The notes under the pieces: generated by a model
Database searches by the model: none
What the model saw: only the letters and a program-made list of their open reading frames with translations
What the model was told of the DNA's origin: nothing
Virus record (IMG/VR): IMGVR_UViG_3300015608_000687
Direction: 5' to 3' (one strand)
Source: an uncultured virus (IMG/VR IMGVR_UViG_3300015608_000687)
Taxonomy: Duplodnaviria > Heunggongvirae > Uroviricota > Caudoviricetes > Crassvirales
Length of the DNA stretch: 20,000 nucleotides
Shown: in pieces, positions 10,075-19,708 of the stretch
Layout: each line of letters starts with the position of its first letter
Position numbering within the stretch: position 1 is the first letter of the stretch
Program-made: the position numbers and the translations under genes

Positions 10075-13000
10075 TGCCTCATTGCATAGTAACATCACAC
10101 CCTGATTATTTAAAATTGCTTAAAGAATCTGGTTTAAAAGAACCAATTCTCAAAGCAAAAATATCCGTATGGCAAGAAAAAACAGGAAACTTAGATAGAT
10201 TTCCAACTGTTGCTGAACTAAATAATTTAGTAAGTAGTCCTAATATTTCTATTAAACCAGGAGTATCAGAATTATTTGAGAATAATCCTGAATTAGTTAA
10301 TGCTGTATATGAAGCTTTAGGGTTTGAAACAAATAAAATAAAAGGAATTTGGGGACTACCAGAAGGAGTCAGTTCTTTAGAAAAAATATTTGAAAAAAAA
10401 GTAAAAGAAAAAGGAATAGCTTTTTCTACCGCTAAAGAATTATTAGAAATTATAAGTCAGACAAAAGATACTTTAGCACCAATAGCTAAAAGTTTAATTA
10501 AATATACAGATAAGATATTAAACGCTAATGTAGAAATTTCTAAAAAATACCGTGATGGTAGATATATACCGCAAAGTTCTTCTTATGAAGAAGAAGATAA
10601 AGGTAAAATACTTTTACAAGCAAGTGGTACGTTTGCATTAAATAGTAAAATAATTATACATGAGATAGTACATAGTTTTACTTCTGATTTTGTTAGAAAT
10701 AACCCTAATGATGAATCTGTATTACAATTAAAAAATATTATACAAGAACTTAAAAAAAGAGGTTATAAAACAGTAAATTATATCAATGATAATAATGCTT
10801 CTAATAATGAGTTTTATTATTTTAAAAATGAACGTGAATTTATTGTAGGATTGTTTTCTGATACTGAATTTATAAAAACTTTACAAAAAGAATCTGGATT
10901 GAATAATAAAAAATCTTCTTTATTAGAAGAATTGTACAATACGATTCTAAAAATGTTAAATATAAGTCCTAAAGAATATAATCTTTATGAAGAAAGCCTT
11001 TATTATGTAGAATCTATATTAAACAATCCTGCTAACAAAGTACAAACTACCTATGATAAAATAACCCCACAACAAAAACAACAAGCTCAACAACTGTATT
11101 CTCAATATTTAGAACAAAATCCTAATGGTGATGTAGAACAGTTTAAGAGTTGGGTGAATGAGTTTAATAGAAAAACAAATTTAGAGAAAACTTCTGAAAA
11201 CAAAACAATAGAAGAATTATATAAAGAAAATCCAAAGCTTAAAGAGTTCATTAATTCAGTAACAGATGAAGATAATACTACATTGTCTTTATATAAAGTT
11301 AAAAATTTATTAAACCAAAAAGGTGAAGGTAGAATTGTAAAACTTAATAATATTCTCTATAATGCAATAAGTAGACTTTGGGATAATAGAATATTTTCTA
11401 ATAATAATATAAAGATATATTTTGTAGATTCTTTATCTGATAATGCAGTTGGTAATTTTAATCGAGATGATAATGAAATAACTATAGATAAAACAAAGTT
11501 TTTAAACATAGTTAATAATTCATATCAACAAGATGAAATATTTTATTTAGGATATATTTTAAATCATGAAATAATACATTACTTAACACCCAATGATTTA
11601 AGTCTTAAAATAGAATATATAGATAGAGCGTTGGAGGGAAGATTTGGTAAAACTTTTGAATTACCATCAGAAAAAGAATTTGGAAAGAATATAAAAGAAC
11701 TTTATGATATTGCTAAATCTCAAATAGAAGATGTATCAGACTATGGATTTACTAATTTAGCGGAATTTGTAGCAGAAGCTATGAGTAATCCTAATTTTCA
11801 AGAAAAACTTGCTTCTGTACCATATAAGTCTACTAAGAAATCTCTGTGGAAAAGATTTATTGAAATTGTATCAGCTTATTTAACTAAATATACTGGTAAA
11901 CCAATCAATGATACTTTATTAGAAGCAGTATTAGCTGAAGTTACAAATTATATAACAGAAAATTCCAATATTCAAAAAACTTATAAAATAAGAAATAAAG
12001 AAAATGATGTATTTTTTGATTTTGTATTTAATACAGAAAAAAATGTAAAATCTCTATCAGACTTCATATCTAAAAAATCTCAAGAAAGATTAAAGGCTAT
12101 TCAAGAAGTTTTTAATAGTAATCCAGAACTTAGTAAAATAGGAGATGTTTTTTCCTATGCAATCTATCTTGATTCTATCTTTCCTGATAGTAAAGTAAAG
12201 GATATTGTTTATCATGGAAGCCCCCAGTTTGGGTTTGATAAGTTTTCTAAAGAAAAATTAGGCGAATTTACTGGAGCAGGTTCTGCTAGATTAGGGTTCT
12301 TTTTCTCCAATAATTTAGAAAATTCTTTTGCCGCATATACAAGAAATGTAGGTAAAGATATCTCGTTTGGTGATGATGGAAATGCAGAAGGGATTGAAGG
12401 AACTTTTGGTCTTTCACAAATAGATTCTCTAATAGAAGATTTAAATGAAGGTAGAAATTTTACAGATAACGAGATAAGAAGTAAAGAGTATTTTATAAAA
12501 AGCACGTCTAAATCTGGTGGAGTATCTTATGGCAGTCCTTTTAAAACAAAAGAAGAAGCTTTAGAAGGTTATAAAAATGATGATTGGAATTATGACCCAG
12601 AAGCTAAAGTAGAAGTAATTGAAAATATAAATTATGGTAAATATAGGTATAGTAAAATAGATTGGTTAAAAGATAAACCAACAGTTTATTATAGAGAAGA
12701 ATTAGGGAAAAAAGATAGTAAAATTACTACTTCAGAAAAAGAATATACTAATGCTTTAAATAAAAGAAAAGATTTTTTATTAAATGAAAGAACTAAATAC
12801 ATTAAAGAGCAATCTAAAAATAGAGTATATAGTATTTTATTAAACTCTAAAGATTTAAAAGAATTTGATGATAAAGGTAATGAGTGGAGGGAACAAGCTT
12901 ATGTTGATAGAATTAAACAAACTTTATCTGAAAATAAAGATGGTTTAGTTATTAGAAATACATATGACCCTTTATTAAGTGACGTATATGTAGTATTTGA

Positions 13001-14580
13001 ACCAGAACAAATCCACATATTAGGTTCTCAATCAGATATTCAAGGATTTAAAGAGTTTGTTAAGGGTAAACCTAATAGTGTTAAACCTGGAGTTGAGGAA
13101 TTATTTAGTGAAAATCCTGAGTTAGCTAATGAAGTATATGAAGCTTTAGGGTTTAATTTTAGATACACATCTGAAAAATGGAAAGATGACCCAACATTAG
13201 AAAATAAAGCAACGTATATTAATATAAAAGGAACTCCTTCTAATCAAGAGTTTCAAGTAAAAAAAGATATTGAAGAAGGATTTTATTCTGTACATTTTAA
13301 AACTGAACAAGGGAAACTAACTAAAGAGCAAATACAAACATTGGTAGATGCTGTAGCTTCTCAAATTCCAATTGGAGGTAAATTATCAACATGGGGAAAA
13401 ATTAGTAAAGGCGGTATTTCAGGATTAAACAGATTCTTAAATAATGGATTTAAGAAAGTTGGAGAGCGTGAAATTAAAGATAGAGAAGGACGTCCTATTG
13501 TTGTACCTATATTAGAAAAAGTAGAAAAATCTAATTTAGAGCAACAAGCTCAACAGCTTTATTCTCAATATCTCGATACTATATTTCCTGATAGTAAAGT
13601 GAAGGATATTGTTTATCATGGTACGGTAGAAAAATTTGATAAGTTTGACTTAGAAAAGGTTAATAAAAATAGAAAAGCTTTTTGGTTTGGAGTTAAACCT
13701 GAAGAAACAGCTTTTGGTATTAAAATTCCAGTTTTACTAAATATACCAAAATGGACAGATTTTAGAGGTAAAGGTGCAATTGATGTTTTAAATAATGAAA
13801 CAATTGATAAAATTAAAGAAAAAGGAGGTAAAGGTTTTATTGGAGAAGGATTTTACGGAGAAACTCAAATAGGAGTATTTGAACCAGAACAAATTCATAT
13901 ATTAGGCTCTAAACAAGATATAGAAGGATTTAAAAAGTTTGTTAGTAACCAGTCTTTACCTGCTGCATCTATTCCTACTATTGGTAATTTAGATAATTTA
14001 CAATATGAATTTCATATAGTAACTAAACTATTTTCTGATAAAGGTCAGCAATTAATAAAGTCTTTGACTAAAAATAAAGTTAGTCAAGATGAATTCTACA
14101 ATCAGCTACAGACTAAATTACAGATTCCTAGAGACCAAATGAATCTCTTAAAAGAATCTGAGGGTAATACTATTGAAGAAAAGTTAGCTTCATTTGCTGC
14201 TAATTATAGTTATACTGTTGAGATTAATACTGCTAAAGATTTTAATAAAGATGGAGCTAAAAATTATAATTCTTTTGATTTAAATAATAGAAGATACTCT
14301 AGGGGAATAGATGATGAAGTAGGTCAATTCTATCAATATTTTGATTTAGAGAAAAAACAATTTGTAAATATTTCTCAACAAGAATATGAAAAAGCTGTTA
14401 ATGAAGCTAAAATAAAAGATGAAAAATTTAACACTCAATACTATTCTAATCTAACAGTACCAGGTGGTACTAACTATACAGAAAATGAAATATCCACTCC
14501 ATTAATTACTCCTAGTATTAAAGGTCATGCTCAATTTAGTACTGATAATGGTATTGGGTGGTTTAGAAGTGATGATAAAG
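10074..14580 (+). CDS. Giant polyvalent virion/ejection protein, 5' part (two zincin domains, two ADP-ribosyltransferase-like domains, possible GNAT-like domain); probably continues across the N gap to 19365
   Basis: ATG overlaps the upstream stop (TAATG 10072-10076); frame open until the N run at 14581; HEIVH 10659-10673, HEIIH 11565-11579, two IVYHG...VFEPEQIHIL units. Confidence 0.85.
10252..10325 (+). repeat. Box A copy 1 (KPGVSELFENNPELVNAVYEALGF)
   Basis: Direct repeat with 13081-13154; 60/74 nt identical by manual alignment, last 21 nt identical (gtatatgaagctttagggttt). Confidence 0.9.
10326..11060 (+). other. Zincin-like (MPTase-PolyVal-like) metallopeptidase domain 1 of gene 2
   Basis: GRY...KILL...IIIHEIVHSFT, then NEREFIVGLFSDTEFIKTL and SLLEELYNTILKML. 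Confidence 0.75.
11241..11960 (+). other. Zincin-like metallopeptidase domain 2 of gene 2
   Basis: VGNF...ITI...LNHEIIHYLT, then YGFTNLAEFVAEAMSNPNFQEKL and SLWKRFIEIV. Confidence 0.8.
12165..13061 (+). other. ADP-ribosyltransferase-like domain 1 (ART-PolyVal-like) with a large internal insertion
   Basis: IVYHGS...FDKF...GFFFS...AAY...RVYSILLN...DGLVIRN...YVVFEPEQIHIL motif series typical of ART domains of polyvalent proteins. Confidence 0.7.
12993..13061 (+). repeat. Box C copy 1 (VFEPEQIHILGSQSDIQGFKEFV); copy 2 at 13875-13943
   Basis: 60/69 nt identical by manual count to 13875-13943 (VFEPEQIHILGSKQDIEGFKKFV). Confidence 0.9.
13081..13154 (+). repeat. Box A copy 2 (KPGVEELFSENPELANEVYEALGF)
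   Basis: Direct repeat with 10252-10325. Confidence 0.9.
13542..13622 (+). repeat. Box B (QQAQQLYSQYL-DTIFPDSKVKDIVYHG); 5' half repeated at 11079-11111, 3' half at 12165-12218
   Basis: 12165-12218 vs 13569-13622: 49/54 nt identical by manual count; QQAQQLYSQYL is identical at protein level at 11079 and 13542. Confidence 0.9.
13569..13943 (+). other. ADP-ribosyltransferase-like domain 2 (compact)
   Basis: IVYHGT...FDKF...AFWFG...IPVLLN...KGFI...IGVFEPEQIHIL; termini nearly identical to domain 1. Confidence 0.65.
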
Positions 14581-14695
14581 NNNNNNNNNNNNNNNNNNNN
14601 NNNNNNNNNNNNNNNNNNNNNNNNNNNNNNNNNNNNNNNNNNNNNNNNNNNNNNNNNNNNNNNNNNNNNNNNNNNNNNNNNNNNNNNNNNNNNNN
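14581..14695. other. Assembly/scaffold gap (115 N)
   Basis: Run of n characters. Confidence 0.99.
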
Positions 14696-17600
14696 ATTTA
14701 TTTCAGAAAGGTAGAGACAATAAAGACTTAATTACTAAATTTCCAGATAAACATCTGCTATCATTAGAAGAATATTCTAAACAATACAATAAAATTGGAG
14801 AAAAAATAGGAAGTAAGGAAAATAATTTTTTACAACTTCTGAACAAAGACAATAATTGGGTAACCTTTTTTGTTAAATCTATCATACAAGATAGTGCTAA
14901 AAAAGGGTATGAGAAAGTATTATTTCCTACTGGTAACACTATTGTTAAAATAGAACAATTTGACAGAATTAAAGAACAATTAAATACACTAAATAATAAA
15001 TTAAAAACTTTAATTGAAACTAAAGTTGAGGATAATGGTTATGGTGTTTGGTTTTATGAAGCAGGTGTAGATGAAGAATCAGGAGGCCCTTTTAATTCAA
15101 AACAAGAAGCTGAAAAATCATTAACCAGTAGTATAGAAAAAACTAAAAGAGATTTACAACATTTTGAATCTGCTAATAAAACTGTAATAGGAACTATTAA
15201 CTTCTATGAGAATACTGTAACTAATATTCTTAAAAAACAAGGATACAATCCTGTATTAATTACAGATGAATACGGTAATACTTGGAATGAGGTTACTATT
15301 AAAAAAGAATACTTATCTCCTGTTGTTTTAAGTTATAATCCTCAAGATTTATTTCTCAATAACCTAAAAAAGCAACTTAGAATATCTGGAACTAAAAGTA
15401 GAATTCAAATAGCTAATATAAATGAAAAAATTGCTGAAATCAATAAATCATATAATATTGTTGTAAAATTAGATGTTTCTAAAATAGGACAATCTGATTC
15501 TTTTAAACTTGATTTAAAACTATTAAAGAATTCTTATCACAAATATCTTTCTGAAAAGACTTTAAAAGATGTTTTAGAAAAAGTATCTCAGAGTAATAAA
15601 ACCATGAGTACTTTAGCTAAAAAACTTCTAAATAAAATAGATGGTGTTGAAAATGTTCCTATTGAATATATTTCTGATGAAGAATTTCGTAAGATAAAAG
15701 GTTCTGTAGTTTATGGCAAAAGTGCTGCAGCTTTATATATTCCGAATGAAAAAAAGATTGTAATCAATATTGACTATATCAATAAACATCCAGAATCAAT
15801 AATTATCCATGAAATATTACACGCAATAACTTATCACTATATCCGTACTAATGATACTATAGCAAGAGAATGGCAAGAGCTTTATAATAAAGTAAAAAAA
15901 CAATTTGAAGGAGATTCTTTATATGAATCTCACGCATTAAGAGATGCAGATGAATTATTAACTGCTGTGTTTACTAATGCTAATTTTATAAAAGCATTAG
16001 CTACTAAACCATCATTACTTGCACAAAGAGCTACTTTATGGGATGACATTAAGAATTTCTTTAAAAACACACTTGGTTTAAATAATATTGAAAGAACCTT
16101 GTATGACGACGTGTTTGAAAAAGCATCTGAAGTAGTTGACGTAGCTGCTCAATTCAATAAAAATGGTTCAGATTGGAGTCTTTTCGATGATATGCCTTTA
16201 GCGGAAATTCAAGAAGATGAACTTGAATCTTATATAGACCCAAGAATAAACAGGGCCATTGACAAAATGGTAAACACTCTTAGTTCTAAAAAGAAAGAAC
16301 TTAATGAGCAATATATCAAAGGACAACATGCTGATATTTCTCGTAGAAAAAATCTTATTGAAAATAGTATAGTGAGATTAATTTCAAAAGAAAGTCCTAT
16401 AGATGATTTAATAACAGTAGGTTATAGAGACTTGTCTCTTGCACAAAAGTATTTCAATAAAGTAGATATAAGTAATTGGGAAGCTGCTCAATTGATGTAC
16501 ACAATTGAAGCTATAAAAGTATTAGACGAAGATTTAAAAGGCGTTGAAATGACTGATGAGCAGTCTGCAAAACTTTCTAAACTAAGGCAAAAGGCTCTTG
16601 AGTTTAGCTCAAAATTCGATGCTTTCTTAAAAACAAGACTTGAAGTTTTATCAAGAGCAAAAGGTCTTGAAATAAGTAATATTGATTTTGCTTCACCGTA
16701 TACCGATAGAAACATTGTTTCTGCAGCAACTTATAACATGGGTATATCTGAAATACCTCATTTAAGAGTTGGTGAAGCTATTATACAGAATCTGATGCGT
16801 TCTGCACAAGAACAAATAGATTCTTTCAGAAAAGAAAGAGAATTATTAATAAAAGAAGTTGGAAGAGAAGCTTTTGCAAAAATATTTGATTCTTCTGGTT
16901 ATCTCATAACTGAATACAAAAGGGAGTTTTTCGATGAAGAAAAACAACAAATACAAGAAGCTAATGACATAATTTATAGTGAAACCGCAAGTCCTGAAGA
17001 AAAAAGAAGAGCTGAATCTAAGTTGTTGAAATGGTTTTTAGATAATTATGACTATTATCTTACTGAAGAAGGTAAGGCTGATTATGAAACAGAACTCAAT
17101 AACGTAACTGAAGATAGTGAAAATGATGCTGCAGCAATAAAAGAATTTGAACTTAGATATTCTTGGTTGAATCAAGGGAATATAGATGCCAATGGTAAAT
17201 TCACTCCTAATAAACTATTCATTCAATATAAAGACGGAGTAAAGGCTTCTGGTTGGTATAAATATCTAAAAGCTGTTCCCAAGAGTATCCACAGAGATTC
17301 TCGCTACGATTCTATAAAAGATACGCCTGCTTATGACTTCTATGTTAAAAAAATGATTGAGGCCAGTCTTAAAATACCACACGAACTTGCAGTTGAACGT
17401 GGTTCTTTTTATAAATTCCTCAAACATGTTAAATTAGATGCTGCTGAATCTGTTGGTGGATTATCCGTATTTGCCAAAACTCTTTGGAAAGAAATGAAGA
17501 ATTGGACAAATGTTGATATTAGTATTGCACAGGCAGAAGGTAGAGACATCAGATTAGTTGACGAAAAAGGCAGACCTAAAGGAAAAATACCTTATAAAGC

Positions 17601-19365
17601 AGTAGATGAAATAAAAGTAAAAGACCCGTTAAAACTTTTAGAGGACTTTTATAAAACTGCTGTAATGTATGAAGCCAGATTAGATGCTCAATCTCAATTG
17701 GATTTGGTTGGTTATGATTTAGAAAAATTACCGGGATATTCAAGAAACAAAATAGGTGCTATACGCAAAGATATGGCTGGTAATCAAGTATTAATCGAAG
17801 GTGGTTTGACTAATGCTATAAACCAATTCAGATACCGTAAGGAAGCTGCTTTAACAGGTAAAACAAGAACTGATGAAAACATAGGAGTTGTAAAACCTAC
17901 TCCAGAAGAAATAGAAGCTAAAAAAGCTGCTATAAAAGCCAAAAGAGAAGCTGGAATAGAAATTACACCAGAAGACTATATGTTCAACAGATTTAGTGTT
18001 GTAAAGTCTTTAGATAGTGCTATAGACTATACAAGGCTTTTACTTATTGGTTTAAAACCATTTACAGCAACTGCAAACTTATTAATTGGTTTAGCAAACA
18101 ACTATATATACGGAGCTAGAAATACTGATTTCTCAGAAAGTAATCTTAATTGGGGATTAAAGAAGATATTTAAAGCTTATACAACAGGTCTTGTTACAAA
18201 GGATAAAGAAGCTTTTAAACTTGCTAACTTAGCTGAGAAATTTGGATTAACTGAAACTCTATTTGAAGACCAAGGTGAATATCAAAGTAAATTCTTTTCT
18301 AAAGTCACCAAGTTTATGATGTCTTTACAAGCTGGTGGTGAATTTGTAATTAGTGTTCAAAACATGCTTGCTTTTATGGATAAAATTAAGATAAAAGATA
18401 AGTCTGGAAAAGAACGCAGATTATATGATGCTTACGATGAATTTGGACATTGGCGTAAAGATGTATTTGGAGACATGCCTGAATGGGAAAACATGACTGT
18501 TCTTGATGGTGCTGGAACTAACATATCTAAAATAAATCAATTACGCAACAGAATTGATGAAATAAGAGATAGAACTCAGGGTGATTATAGAAACCCAATG
18601 CCTGCAAAAGGCAAAGTCTGGGGTAGAATTTTAGCTATGTTTAGAACTTGGTTGCCAAGAGCTGTACATGAAAGATTTGGTAGTCATAATCCTGCAATAG
18701 GCTTCAAAGGACGCTATAGAAGTTATGGAACAGCATTTGCCCAGTCTTGGAACAAAGGTGGCTTAAAAGAAGCTTTAAAGCTTTTAGGGGCAACTTCTCT
18801 TACAACCTTTGTTAAAACCATGAATTTGCCTGTAATCAACACAATGTCTGCAAACGTATTAAGTAAATTAGCAGATACTACACAAAGGTCTTATGATAAT
18901 TATCTTGAAAAGCTTGATATAACTGAATTAGATGTTCAAAATATGAGGTCAAATATTAAAGAGTTGCAATTCATTTTATTTACTTTGATGTTAATAGCCG
19001 CTTTAAAAGGACTTGACGATGATGATGAACAAAATCCAATGTTGAATTTTACTTTGAATTTATCTAATAGATTATATCAAGATTTAACTTTCTTTACAAT
19101 TCCGACATCTTTTATGAGTATTGTAAAAGACCCTATTCCTTTATATGCTTCTGTAAAAGGTACTGTAGATGTAATTAATGCTTTAACTAATTACATAGAA
19201 GACCCTTCAAAAGATGAATATAAAACAGGTTATAGGAAAGGTGATAGCAAAACATGGAAAGAAATCACAGATATGTTACCAATATGGTCATCTTGGAACT
19301 CTACACAAAGCGTTATGAGTCAGGTATCTAGTCAAGATGCATACAGATACACAGATAAAAAATAA
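14696..19365 (+). CDS. Giant polyvalent virion/ejection protein, 3' part (zincin domain and long helical C-terminal region with hydrophobic segments)
   Basis: Open frame resumes right after the gap (LFQKGRD at 14698) and runs to TAA 19363-19365; HEILH 15808-15822 followed by DELLTAVFTNANF; C-terminal QGDY...GRILAMFRTWLP...RF motif and hydrophobic ELQFILFTLMLIAALKGL (18961-19014). Confidence 0.85.
15550..16150 (+). other. Zincin-like metallopeptidase domain 3 of gene 2
   Basis: AAALY...KKIVIN...IIIHEILHAIT (15808-15822), HALRDADELLTAVFTNANFIKAL, TLWDDIKNFFKNTLG. Confidence 0.8.
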
Positions 19366-19389
19366 AGGAGGGAATCACCCTCCTTTTTT
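19364..19389. terminator. Intrinsic terminator, probably bidirectional, between convergent genes
   Basis: Perfect stem aaaggaggg (19364-19372) / loop aatca / ccctccttt (19378-19386); T-tract 19384-19389 on +, upstream aaaaataaa gives a T-tract on -; lies between the stops at 19365 (+) and 19391 (-). Confidence 0.85.
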
Positions 19390-19390
19390 A

Positions 19391-19708
19391 TTAACAATCT
19401 TCTCCAGTTCTTATATCAGATTCTTTTATAAATACACCGTTTAAAGTAACACCTTTTCTATTTTTAATCTCATTATAAGCATGTTCTAAACAATCTTCAA
19501 TATCAAGATTGTTTTGTGCAGCTAAAATAATAAGAGTTACCAAAACGTCTCCAATACCGTCTTTAATACCTTCAGTATTGTTTTTAACAAGAGCTGAAGC
19601 AACTTCTCCAAGTTCCTCAACAGTCTTTATAAATTGTTTTAAAGCTGTTTCAGGAGTAAGGAGATTTCTGTCTTTAGCCCATTGCAATATGTTTTCTTTA
19701 TTTCTCAT
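19391..19708 (-). CDS. MazG-like nucleotide pyrophosphohydrolase (all-alpha NTP-PPase superfamily)
   Basis: WAKDRNL, KQFIKTVEELGEVA, IKDGIGDVLVTLIILA, CLEHAYNEIKNRKG, GVFIKE: EExxE and DxxxD metal-binding pattern of small phage MazG-like proteins. Confidence 0.85.
   Translation of the reverse strand: MRNKENILQWAKDRNLLTPETALKQFIKTVEELGEVASALVKNNTEGIKDGIGDVLVTLIILAAQNNLDIEDCLEHAYNEIKNRKGVTLNGVFIKESDIRTGEDC

Noticed and set aside
10252..13943. CRISPR array, DGR template/variable repeats or intein explanation for the repeats and inserts
   Set aside because: Repeats are in-frame coding and irregularly spaced, mismatches are not adenine-specific, no reverse transcriptase, Cas or recombinase is in the window, and no C/S…HN-C/S/T intein termini are seen.
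14527..14580. Predicted start MLNLVLIMVLGGLEVMIK of the 1612-aa ORF, which looks like a signal/TM peptide
   Set aside because: It is an alternative-frame reading of the upstream gene, joined only through the estimated-length N gap; probably an artefact.
14696..14714. Apparent stop of the 1546-aa ORF (FISER*) or a programmed frameshift
   Set aside because: Depends on the arbitrary 115-N gap length; no slippery-site evidence is visible.
148..16715. Short ORFs inside the giant genes (148-375, 763-957, 1062-1277, 2930-3145, 6160-6429, 6831-7145, 9525-9854, 12212-12505, 14703-14939, 16488-16715)
   Set aside because: Antisense or alternative-frame shadows of long coding sequences, with no recognisable motifs.
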